NCBI GenBank assembly: GCA_950097015.1
Contig: CATNEN010000002.1
Location: 7,688,001-7,752,000 of the forward strand
Length of the DNA: 64,000 nt
Direction of reading: 5' to 3'
DNA from: Macrostomum hystrix
Lineage: Eukaryota; Animalia; Platyhelminthes
Numbering within the stretch: the first letter of the stretch is position 1; each line of letters starts with the position of its first letter. Positions 38,243 through 50,900 of the stretch are shown piece by piece. The notes beneath the pieces were generated by a model. It worked only from the letters and a program-made list of their open reading frames with translations, did not search any database and was not told where the DNA came from. Both the position numbers and the translations under genes were made by a program.

Positions 38243-41200
38243 CTAGCAATTTAGGCCCCCCTTTGGGGACCTTAGCTTGAAGGCAACTTTACAATAATAA
38301 AACAGTATTTAGTAAGTCAATAGACATCAACTCTGAACTAAGATATCTATCGATTCTGAGCCTAAATATCTATCAACATTGAGCCTAGATATCTAACAGT
38401 GCCAAGCCTAGATATCTACCCGTGCTGAGCCAAGATTTCTATCAATTCTGAGCTTCGATATCTACCAATTCTGAGCTTAGATTTCTATCAATTCTGACCT
38501 TAGATTTCTATAAATTCTGAGCCTCAATGTCTATCGATTCTGAGATTAAATTTCTATCGATTTTTAACCAATAAAGTTATATAGATATCTATCAAATCTT
38601 AAGTACGATATTTATCCATTCTGAGCCTAGATATCTATCGATGCTGAGCCTAGATATCTACCAGTGCTGAGCCTAGATATCTAAAAAAATGTTGAGCCTA
38701 GTAAACTATCAACTCAGCCTAGATAAATATCAATGCTGAGGCTAGATAACAATCAATGCTGATCCTAGATAACTTTCACGCCGAGCCTTGATATCTATAA
38801 AATATTGAGCCTATATAACTATCAATGCTGTGCCTTGATATCTATAAAAATGTTGAGCCTAGACAACTATCAATACTGAGCCTAGATATTTATCGATACT
38901 GACCCTTGGAATCTATCAATTCTGATCTTGGATATCTATCAATGCTGAGCCTAGGTAACTATCAATGCTGAGCCTAGTTATCTATAAATATGTTGAGCCT
39001 AGATAACTATCACGCTGAGCCTTGATATGTATAAAAATGTTGAGCCTAGATAACTATCAATGCTGAGCCTAGATAACTATCAATGCTGAGCCTAGATAAC
39101 TATCAATGCTGAGCCTAGTTTTCTTTCGATTCTGACCCGTGGAATCTATCAATTCTGAGCTTGGATATCTATCCAATCTGAGCCTTGATTTCTATCGATT
39201 CTGAGCCAAGGAATCCATCAATGCTGTGCCTAGTTTTCTATCGATTCTGACCCTTGGAACCTATCAATGCTGAGCCTAGATGTCTATAAAAATGTTGAGC
39301 CTAGATATTAATCGATTCTGAGCCTAGTAATCTATCGATTCTGAGCCTAGATTTCTATCAATGCTGAGCCTAGTTAACTATCAATGCTGTGCCTAGTTAT
39401 CTATAAAAATGTTGAGCCTAGATAACTATCAATGCTGAGCCTAGGAATCTATCAATGCTGAGCCTAGATAACTATCAATGCTGAGCCTAGATAACTATCA
39501 ATGCTGAGCCTAGATAACTATCAATGCTGAGCCTAGATAACTATCAATGCAGTGCTTAGATATCTATAGAAATGTTGAGCCTAGATAACTATTAATGCTG
39601 AGCCTAGATAACTAACAATGCTGTGCCTGGTTTTCTTTCGATTCTGACCCTTGGAATCTATCAATTCTGAGCTTCGATATCTATCAATGCTGAGCCTAGA
39701 TGTCTATAAAAATGTTAAGCTTAAGTATTTATCGATTCTGAGCCTAGATTTCTATCAAAGCTGAGCCTAGGTAACTTTCAATGCTGAGCCTAGATAACTA
39801 TCAATGCTGAGCCTAGATAAATATCAATGCTGAGCCTAGATAACTATCAATGCTGAGCCTAGATAAATATCAATGCTGAGCATAGATAACTATCAATGCT
39901 GAGCCTAGATAACTCTCAATGCTGAGCCTGGATAACTATCAATTCTGAGCCTAGATAACTATCAATGCTGAGCCTAGATAACTATCAATTCTGAGCCTAG
40001 ATAACTATCAATGCTGAGCCTAGATAACTATCAATGCTGAGCCTAGATAACTATCAATGCTGAGCCTAGATAACTATCAATGCTGAGCCTAGATAACTCT
40101 CAATGCTGAGCCTAGATAACTATCAATTCTGAGCCTAGATAACTATCAATGCTGAGCCTAGATAACTATCAATTCTGAGCCTAGATAACTATCAATGCTG
40201 AGCCTAGATAACTATCAATCCTGAGCCTAGATAACTCTCAATGCTGAGCCTAGATAACTATCAATGCTGAGCCTAGATAACTATCAATGCTGAGCCTAGA
40301 TAACTATCAATGCTGAGCCTAGATAACTATCAATGCTGAGCCTAGATAACTATCAATGCTGAGCCTAGATAACTATCAATGCTGAGCCTAGGTAACTATC
40401 AATGCTGAGCCTAGATAACTATCAATGCTGAGCCTAGGTAACTCTCAATGCTGAGCCTAGATAACTATCAATGCTGAGCCTAGATAACTCTCAATGCTGA
40501 GCCTAGGTAACTCTCAATGCTGAGCCTAGATAACTATCAATGCTGAGCCTAGATAACTATCAATGCTGAGCCTAGATAACTATCAATGCTGAGCCTAGAT
40601 AACTATCAATGCTGAGCCTAGTTTTCTTTCGATTCTGACCCGTGGAATCTATCAATTCTGAGCTTGGATATCTATCCAATCTGAGCCTTGATTTCTATCG
40701 ATTCTGAGCCAAGGAATCCATCAATGCTGTGCCTAGTTTTCTATCGATTCTGACCCTTGGAACCTATCAATGCTGAGCCTAGATGTCTATAAAAATGTTG
40801 AGCCTAGATATTTATCGATTCTGAGCCTAGTAATCTATCGATTCTGAGCCTAGATTTCTATCAATGCTGATCCTAGTTAACTATCAATGCTGTGCCTAGT
40901 TATCTATAAAAATGTTGAGCCTAGATAACTATCAATGCTGAGCCTAGGAATCTATCAATGCTGAGCCTAGATAACTATCAATGCTGAGCCTAGATAACTA
41001 TCAATGCTGAGCCTAGATAACTATCAATGCTGAGCCTAGATAACTATCAATGCAGTGCTTAGATATCTATAGAAATGTTGAGCCTAGATAACTATTAATG
41101 CTGAGCCTAGATAACTAACAATGCTGTGCCTGGTTTTCTTTCGATTCTGACCCTTGGAATCTATCAATTCGAGCTTCGATATCTATCAATGCTGAGCCTA

Positions 41201-42794
41201 GATGTCTATAAAAATGTTAAGCTTAAGTATTTATCGATTCTGAGCCTAGATTTCTATCAAAGCTGAGCCTAGGTAACTTTCAATGCTGAGCCTAGATAAC
41301 TATCAATGCTGAGCCTAGATAAATATCAATGCTGAGCCTAGATAACTATCAATGCTGAGCCTAGATAAATATCAATGCTGAGCATAGATAACTATCAATG
41401 CTGAGCCTAGATAACTCTCAATGCTGAGCCTGGATAACTATCAATTCTGAGCCTAGATAACTATCAATGCTGAGCCTAGATAACTATCAATTCTGAGCCT
41501 AGATAACTATCAATGCTGAGCCTAGATAACTATCAATGCTGAGCCTAGATAACTATCAATGCTGAGCCTAGATAACTATCAATGCTGAGCCTAGATAACT
41601 CTCAATGCTGAGCCTAGATAACTATCAATTCTGAGCCTAGATAACTATCAATGCTGAGCCTAGATAACTATCAATTCTGAGCCTAGATAACTATCAATGC
41701 TGAGCCTAGATAACTATCAATCCTGAGCCTAGATAACTCTCAATGCTGAGCCTAGATAACTATCAATGCTGAGCCTAGATAACTATCAATGCTGAGCCTA
41801 GATAACTATCAATGCTGAGCCTAGATAACTATCAATGCTGAGCCTAGGTAACTATCAATGCTGAGCCTAGATAACTATCAATGCTGAGCCTAGGTAACTC
41901 TCAATGCTGAGCCTAGATAACTATCAATGCTGAGCCTAGGTAACTCTCAATGCTGAGCCTAGATAACTATCAATGCTGAGCCTAGATAACTATCAATGCT
42001 GAGCCTAGATAACTATCAATGCTGAGCCTAGATAACTATCAATGCTGAGCCTAGATAACTATCAATGCTGAGCCTAGTTATCAATAAATATGTTGAGCCT
42101 AGATAACTATCACGCCGAGCCTTAATATCTAGAAAATGTTGAGCCTAGATATCTATCAATGCTGAGTCTAGATAACTATCAATGCTGAGCCTAGTTTTCT
42201 TTCGATTCTGACCCGTGGAATCTATCAATTCTAAGCTTGGATATCTATCCAATCTGAGCCTTGATTTCTATCGATTCTGAGCCTAGATAACTATCAATTC
42301 TGAGCCTAGATAACTATAAATGCTGAGCCTAGATAACTATCAATGCTGAGCCTAGATAACTATCAATGCTGAGCCTAGATAACTATAAATGCTGAGCCTA
42401 GATAACTATCAATGCTGAGCCTAGTTATCTATAAAAATGTTGAGCCTAGATAACTATAAATGCTGAGCCTAGATAACTATCAATTCTGGGCCTAGATGAC
42501 TATCAATTCTGGGCCTAGATGACTATCAATTCTGGGCCTAGATAACTATCAATGCTGAGCCTAGATTAATATCAATTCTGAGCTTGGATATCTATCGATG
42601 CTGTGCCTAGATATCTATCAATGTTGAGCCTAGATCTCTATAAAAATGTTGAGCCTAGAAATCTATAAGAATGTTGAGCCTAGATATGGATCGATTCTGA
42701 GCCTAGGAATCTATTAATTCTAAGCCTAGATATCTATCAATGCTTTTGCAAGTAAGTAAGTAAGTAAGCAAGTAAGTAAGCAAGTATAATCAAG
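38243..42794 (-). mobile_element. Helitron type C (about 4.5 kb), mostly a 23-bp minisatellite
   Basis: 3' end GGTCCCC-AAA-GGGGGGCC TAAATTG CTAG at 38243; putative 5' end TCTTGATTATAC(TTGC/TTAC)n near 42794. The 5' boundary is uncertain. Confidence 0.6.
38330..42745. repeat. 23-bp minisatellite (CTGAGCCTAGATAACTATCAATG) with an approximately 1.5-kb higher-order duplication
   Basis: About 190 units; the diagnostic block TTTTCTTTCGATTCTGACCCGTGG recurs near 39119, 40622 and 42195. Confidence 0.95.
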
Positions 42795-43061
42795 AAATGT
42801 TACTTTCTGCCAAGAAAGGCCGATCACTTGAATCAATTCAGTTCTCAGCTGTTGCCTTTGGAGTATGCTGTGATGTGAATGAATCTGCTATAATTGAAAT
42901 CTGCTATATCTGCTAAATGAGTTTGAATAAAACTCAATAAATAAAAAATAAAAAATATCTCAGTGCCGAACAGATAACAGAAGCCAGCTCAGCCTGTGCA
43001 CATTGGGCAGTAATTATCTCGCCAGTGGGGTTGACACAGCTATGCACATGTGGGTGAGAAA

Positions 43062-46000
43062 TTCCTTATCAGTACGCTCGCCTAACAAAACTGGCTCTGA
43101 TGCAATCATTAAATTTGGCACTGGAGGCCTCACTGTGCACAAGCTGAAAACAAGAATGCATTAGAAAAGCCTATTTAAAACTGTTTTTCGAATATTTAAT
43201 CCCCTTGCCAATGGAATTAAGCTTAATAAAATTACGTGTACCGATTCCGGCCCATTTGTGATCTTTTGGCGAAGGAATTTTGAAAATCGGTTAAGCCGTT
43301 CGGGAGCTAGTCGATTGCAAACATACAAACATACAAGATTTTCATTTTTAGTATATTAGACTAGCTGCCTTCGCTACCCTCTGGGTAGCCTCCCTTGAGT
43401 TCTTATCAGTGCCTTATCAAAATTGGCTCTGATGCAATCATTAAAATTGGCACTGGAGCCTCACTGTGCACAAGCTGAAAACAAGAATGCATTAGAAAAG
43501 CCTATTTAAAACTGTTTTTCGAATATTTAATCCCCTTGCCAATGGAATTAAGCTTAATAAAAATACGTGTACCGATTCCGGCCCATTTGTGATCTTTTGG
43601 CGAAGGAATTGTGAAAATCGGTTGAGCCGTTCGGGAGCTAGTCGATTGCAAACAAGCAAGCAAGATTTTCATTTTTAGTATAATAGACTAGCTGCCTTCG
43701 CTACCCTCTGGGTAGCCTCACTGGAGTTCTTATCAGTTCGTTATCAAAACTGGCTCTGATGCAATCATAAAAATTGGCACTGGAGCCTCACTGTGCACAA
43801 GCTGAAAACAAGAATGCATTAGAATAGACTATTTAAAACTGTTTTTCGAATATTTAATCCCCTTGGCAATGGAATTAAGCTTAATAAAAATACGTGTACC
43901 GATTCCGGCCCATTTGTGATCTTTTGGCGAAGGAATTGTGAAAATCGGTTGAGCCGTTCGGGAGCTAGTCGATTGCAAACATACAAACATACAAACAAGA
44001 TTTTCATTTTTAGTATATAAGACTAGCTGCCTTCGCTACCCTCTGGGTAGCCTCCCTGTGAGTTCTTATCAGTTCGTTATCAAAACTGGCTCTGATGCAA
44101 TCATTAAATTTGGCACTGGAGCCTCACTGTGCACAAGCTGAAAACAAGAATGCATTAGAAAAGCCTATTTAAAACAGTTTTTCGAATATTTAATCCCCTT
44201 GGCAATGGAATTAAGCTTAATAAAAATACGTGTACCGATTCCGGCCCATTTGTGATCTTTTGGCGAAGGAATTGCGAAAATCGGTTGAGCCGTTCGGGAG
44301 CTAGTCGATTGCAAACATACAAGCAAGCAAGCAAGCAAGCAAGATTTTCATTTTTAGTATATTATCATTTTTAGTATATTAGATTAGACTAGCTGCCTTC
44401 GCTACCCTCTGGGTAGCCTCCCTGTGAGTTCTTATCAGTACGCGCGTGCGTTATCAAAACTGGCTCTGATGCAATCATTAAATTTGGCACTGGAGGCCTC
44501 ACTGTGCACAAGCTGAAAACAAGAATGCATTAGAAAAGCCTATTTAAAACTGTTTTTCGAATATTTAATCCCCTTGCCAATGGAATTAAGCTTAATAAAA
44601 TTACGTGTACCGATTCCGGCCCATTTGTGATCTTTTGGCGAAGGAATTGCGAAAATCGGTTGAGCCGTTCGGGAGCTAGTCGATTGCAAACATACAAGCA
44701 AGCAAGCAAGATTTTCATTTTTAGTATATTAGATAGAAGACTAGCTGCCTTCGCTACCCTCTGGGTAGCCTCCATTGAGTTCTTATCAGTGCGTTATCAA
44801 AACTGGCTCTGATGCAATCATTAAAGTTGGCACTGGAGCCTCACTGTGCACAAGCTGAAAACAAGAATGCATTAGAAAAGCCTATTTAAAACAGTTTTTC
44901 GAATATTTAATCCCCTTGGCAATGGAATTAAGCTTAATAAAATTACGTGTACCGATTCCGGCCCATTTGTGATCTTTTGGCGAAGGAATTTTGAAAATCG
45001 GTTGAGCCGTTTGGGAGCTAGTCGATTGCAAACATACAAACAAGCAAGATTTTCATTTTTAGTATATTAAGACTAGCTGCCTTCGCTACCCTCTGGGTAG
45101 CCTCCCTGTGAGTTCTTATCAGTACGCGCGTGCGTTATCAAAAACTGGCTCTGATGCAATCATTAAAATTGGCACTGGAGGCCTCACTGTGCACAAGCTG
45201 AAAACAAGAATGCATTAGAAAAGCCTATTTAAAACTGTTTTTCGAATATTTAATCCCCTTGCCAATGGAATTAAGCTTAATAAAATTACGTGTACCGATT
45301 CCGGCCCATTTGTGATCTTTTGGCGAAGGAATTGCGAAAATCGGTTGAGCCGTTCGGGAGCTAGTCGATTGCAAACATACAAGATTTTCATTTTTAGTAT
45401 ATTAGACTAGCTGCCTTCGCTACCCTCTGGGTAGCCTCACTGGAGTTCTTATCAGTTCGTTATCAAAACTGGCTCTGATGCAATCATTAAAATTGGCACT
45501 GGAGGCCTCACTGTGCACAAGCTGAAAACAAGAATGCATTAGAAAAGCCTATTTAAAACTGTTTTTCGAATATTTAATCCCCTTGCCAATGGAATTAAAC
45601 TTAATAAAATTACGTGTACCGATTCCGGCCCATTTGCGATCTTTCAGTGAAAGAATTTTGAAAATCGGTTGAGCCGTTCGGGAGCTAGTCGATTGCAAAC
45701 ATACAAACATACAAACATACAAACAAGATTTTCATTTTTAGTATATTAGAAGAAAGACTAGCTGCCTTCGCTACCCTCTGGGTAGCCTCCCTGTGAGTTC
45801 TTATCAGTACGCGCGTGCGTTATCAAAACTGGCTCTGATGCAATCATTAAAATTGGCACTGGAGGCCTCACTGTGCACAAGCAGAAAACAAGAATGCATT
45901 AGAAAAGCCTATTTAAAACTGTTTTTCGAATATTTAATCCCCTTGGCAATGGAATTAAGCTTAATAAAAATACGTGTACCGATTCCGGCCCAATTGCGAT

Positions 46001-47900
46001 CTTTTAGTGAAAGAATTGTGAAAATCGGTTGAGCCGTTCGGGAGCTAGTCGATTGCAAACAAACATACAAGCAAGATTGGCACTGGAGGCCTCACTGTGC
46101 ACAAGCTGAAAACAAGAATGCATTAGAAAAGCCTATTTAAAACTGTTTTTCGAATATTTAATCCCCTTGGCAATGGAATTAAGCTTAATAAAAATACGTG
46201 TACCGATTCGGGCCCATTTGTGATCTTTTGGCGAAGGAATTGTGAAAATCGGTTGAGCCGTTCGGGAGCTAGTCGATTGCAAACATACAAACAAGCAAGA
46301 TTTTCATTTTTAGTATATTAGACTAGCTGCCTTCGCTACCCTCTGGGTAGCCTCACTGGAGTTCTTATCAGTTCGTTATCAAAACTGGCTCTGATGCAAT
46401 CATTAAAATTGGCACTGGAGCCTCACTGTGCACAAGCTGAAAACAAGAATGCATTAGAAAAGCCTATTTAAAACTGTTTTTCGAATATTTAATCCCCTTG
46501 CCAATGGAATTAAGCTTAATAAAATTACGTGTACCGATTCCGGCCCAATTGCGATCTTTTAGTGAAAGAATTGTGAAAATCGGTTGAGCCGTTCGGGAGC
46601 TAGTCGATTGCAAACAAACATACAAGCAAGATTGGCACTGGAGCCTCACTGCGCACAAGCTGAAAACAAGAATGCATTAGAAAAGCCTATTTAAAACTGT
46701 TTTTCGAATATTTAATCCCCTTGGCAATGGAATTAAGCTTAATAAAAATACGTGTACCGATTCGGGACCAATTGTGATCTTTTAGCGAAGGAATTGCGAA
46801 AATCGGTGGAGCCGTTCGGGAGCTAGTCGATTGCAAACAAGCAAGCAAGCAAGCAAGCAAGATTTTCATTTTTAGTATATTAGACTAGCTGCCTTCGCTA
46901 CCCTCTGGGTAGCCTCCCTGTGAGTTCTTATCAGTACGCGCGTGCGTTATCAAAACTGGCTCTGATGCAATCATTAAAATTGGCACTGGAGGCCTCACTG
47001 TGCACAAGCTGAAAACAAGAATGCATTAGAAAAGCCTATTTAAAACTGTTTTTCGAATATTTAATCCCCTTGGCAATGGAATTAAGCTTAATAAAAATAC
47101 GTGTACCGATTCGGGCCCATTTGTGATCTTTTGGCGAAGGAATTGTGAAAATCGGTTGAGCCGTTCGGGAGCTAGTCGATTGCAAACAAACATACAAGCA
47201 AGATTTTCATTTTTAGTATATAAGACTAGCTGCCTTCGCTACCCTCTGGGTAGCCTCACTGGAGTTCTTATCAGTTCGTTATCAAAACTGGCTCTGATGC
47301 AATCATTAAAATTGGCACTGGAGGCCTCACTGTGCACAAGCTGAAAACAAGAATGCATTAGAAAAGCCTATTTAAAACTGTTTTTCGAATATTTAATCCC
47401 CTTGGCAATGGAATTAAGCTTAATAAAATTACGTGTACCGATTCGGGCCCATTTGTGATCTTTTGGCGAAGGAATTGTGAAAATCGGTTAAGCCGTTCGG
47501 GAGCTAGTCGATTGCAAACATACAAGCAAGCAAGATTTTCATTTTTAGTATATAAGACTAGCTGCCTTCGCTACCCTCTGGGTAGCCTCACTGGAGTTCT
47601 TATCAGTGCGTTATCAAAACTGGCTCCGATGCAATCATTAAAATTGGCACTGGAGCCTCACTGCGCACAAGCTGTAAACAAGAATGCATTAGAAAAGCCT
47701 ATTTAAAACAGTTTTTCGAATATTTAATCCCCTTGGCAATGGAATTAAGCTTAATAAAACTACGTGTACCGATTCCGGCCCAATTGTGATCTTTTGGCGA
47801 AGGAATTGTGAAAATCGGTTAAGCCGTTCGGGAGCTAGTCGATTGCAAACATACAAGCAAGCAAGCAAGCAAGCAAGATTTTCATTTTTAGTATATTAGA
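43062..47900 (-). mobile_element. Helitron type A tandem array 2 (12 units with CTAG ends plus 3 partial units)
   Basis: CTAG ends at 43361, 43688, 44023, 44389, 44741, 45073, 45407, 45758, 46323, 46885, 47226 and 47558; partial units begin near 43062, 46076 and 46631. Confidence 0.88.
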
Positions 47901-47949
47901 TTAGAAGACGGCCAATAAACAGTCACTAAACAGCCCATCACAATCATAC

Positions 47950-50900
47950 TCAGTCATCAGATCGGTAGCGGGCAGGCAACACGCCCTTTGTGGTCCTGGC
48001 CGACCGCCGCGGAAGCTCGCCAGCCTCAGCAGGTGCTCGATCTGCTGCCGTTGCTTCCGGACTGGTTGTGCCCTCTTGTCTCGCTGCGACGACGTCCTCA
48101 GCCTCTGGAGTGGCTTGTTGCGGAACCAGATGAAGGTCCCGACGGTTCCGAACGAGCTCACGGCCGTGTTGCGTCTGCACCCGGTAGGAGCGCAGAGCCG
48201 GATCAGCTTCCACGACGACTGCTGGCTCCCATTTGAAATCTTGACGGTAGCGGACAGCATCACCGACATGCAGTTCTGGTAGAGTTCGGCTATGCTGGTC
48301 GTAGTAACGCTGTTGAACCGCCTGCAGCGGAGCCTTGGAGAACTCGGTTGTCCTGTTCTGGACCAATGCTCTGCTGTCTGCTGGCAGCTTCGTCCGAATC
48401 AGCCGACCGAACATTAGCTCACTCGGACTAGTTTTGGTTCCACTGATCGGTGACGCCCGATATTCCATCAGCGCTACCTCCGGCTGGTCCGATTTCCGCA
48501 GAATGCTCTTTGCCACTTTGACTGCCTTCTCAGCCATTCCATTAGACTGCGCATGACCTGGAGACGATCGCGTGTGTCGGAAACCGAACTCAGCAGCAAA
48601 CTCTTGAAACTTGAATGAGCTAAACGGGGGTCCATTGTCGCTGACCAGCTCCTTGACGATTCCGAACCTGGCAAACATAGACTTTATTCTAGAAATTACC
48701 AGAGCAGCTCCTGACTGCTGGCCCAGTTTTGCCAACTCAATCCAATTGCTGTAGTAACATGTAACGACTAGCCACTTGTCACCCTTAAAGTCGAGCAAAT
48801 CGCAGCCAACCTTTGTCCATGGTGAATCTGGAACCTGATGGCTCATCAGCGGCTCCCTTGGATTGGCAGGCTGAAATGCCTGGCACGTAGTGCAGCGACT
48901 CACGAACCGTTTGATATCGGCTGACATTCCAGGCCAGTACAGAATCTGACGCGCACGCGCTTCGGTCTTGCCCATTCCAGCATGGCCTTCGTGCAGAATC
49001 TCCAGGATCTTCTGACGCAGTGAGACAGGCACAATGACACGGTTCACCTTCAGCAGTACGCCTTCGTGATAGACCAGTTCTTCCTTGAAGCTCCAGTAAG
49101 GACGGATAGATGAACAAACACGGCGGTAATCTGTTGGCCAACCATCCTGAACGAACTGTGCCACAAGAGACAAATCGCGATCCTTGCTAGTCTCGTCACG
49201 AATTTCTTGCATCCGAACGGCAGATATCGGCAGACTCCTGCACAGCTGGTGGACCTCCACCTCGATTTCATCATCCAAAGCTGCCTCGGTCTCTGGCAAG
49301 TACGCTCTTGACAACGTGTCGGCAATCTGCATCTTGGATCCTGGTGACCACGAGACCTTCAGATTGTACCTTTTGAGCTGGTACAGCATTCGAGCAATTC
49401 TCGGTGGGGCGTGAACCAAATCCCGTTTGAAAATTATCTCCAGCGGCTTGTGATCAGTCGTGACTCGAACCACTGGTAGGCCATAGACGTAGTCATGAAA
49501 CTTTTTGCAAGCAATCACGACAGCCAGCGTCTCCTTCTCAATCTGGGCATAATTTTTCTGCGTCGAAGTCAAAGCTGCGGAACCATACGCGACAGGCTGT
49601 CCATTCTGTAGCAACGCACAACCAACTCCAACAGATGAACTGTCAACTTGCAACTCGACATCTACTGTAGGATCAAACAGCCTTAATACGGGTGCTTGCG
49701 TCAATACTTCTTTCAGCTTCTCAAAAGCTTTTTGCTGCCTTTCCTGCCAGTCGAACAGCACATCCTTCTTTAAAAGCGAGCGAAGTGGATCCGTTAGGTC
49801 TGACGCTTTCGGAATGAATTTGCCGAGGTAGGTGGCCATGCCCAGCAGCCGCATCACCGCCTGCTTGTCCTCGGGCACTGGAAGCTCCTGGATTGCTTTC
49901 ACCTTAACAGGGTCTGGCATCACTCCATCAGAAGAGATCACATGACCGACATAGTTGACAGACGAGACGCCAACCCTCAACTTCCTGCGATTAAGCTTCA
50001 AATTCACTCTTCGAGCCTCGTTGAGGACCTTCAATAGCTTCTGGTCGTGCTCCTCGCGCGTCTTTCCCCAGACCAGCATGTCGTCAACAATGACCTCAGC
50101 CCAGCTGCTGAAGATCTTGCTAAGCTCACGTTGATAAACTTCGGGAGCATCGATTGTTCCAGGGGGCAGTCGCACAAACTTGTACCTGCCCCATGGGGTG
50201 TTGAAAGTACACAGTTCCGAGCATTTTTCATGGAGTCTGATTTGCCAAAAGCCAGTCTTTGCATCTAGAACTGTGAAAAACTTGGCTCCTGGGATTCGCG
50301 CTATAACTTGCTCCACCGTCGTCATTGGGTAGTGAGCGCGCTTAATGGCCTTATTAAGATGCGTTGGATCTATGCAGAGCCGCAGACTACCATCGGGCTT
50401 GTGAACCGTGACCAGAGAATTAACCCAGTCAGTAGGCTCAGCAACTTTCACTATGACTCCAAGCGATTCCATACGCTGCAACTCCTCTTGAACCTTCTCT
50501 TGCAAGGCAAACGGGATCTTTCGAGGCGCGTTGACTACCGGCATGACACGATCATCCAGGGTGAAAGAGTGTACGTACGGCAGGCAGCCTAACTTTTCAT
50601 CGAATAGGTCAGCGAACTCCTTAAGTACAAAGTTCTCATCGATACATGGTTGCCGACAGACAACCTCAACACGTCGGACAAGGTCCAATGCACTCAGCGC
50701 TGGAAGGCCCAGGATGCCTTGCTTCACATCTGACACCATGAACTCCAGCTCAGATGACTTGCCCTGCACCTTTACCATCAGCCTGCACTTCCCAAGAACC
50801 GGAATGCGCGCTCCGCCAAAGGCAGTTAGAACTGTTCGAGTGGTGCACAGCTGCTCCCCAGCCGGAAGCAGGTGAGCAGGCAACACGTTCACCTCTGCTC

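Larger units (their letters stand above)
29248..47900 (-). mobile_element. Head-to-tail train of about 24 non-autonomous Helitron units inside the retrotransposon 3' UTR
   Basis: Repeated TC-starting AT-rich 5' ends (TCTAATATACTAAAAATG, TCCAACTATACTAAATC) followed by a microsatellite; 3' GC hairpin plus 7-8 nt plus CTAG; outer junctions fit an A|T target; no TSD and no Rep/helicase ORF. Confidence 0.85.

Noticed and set aside
36484-47900. Regular repeat array suggestive of CRISPR
   Set aside because: There are no unique spacers; whole 335-bp units repeat and have Helitron termini; the context is eukaryotic and has no cas genes.
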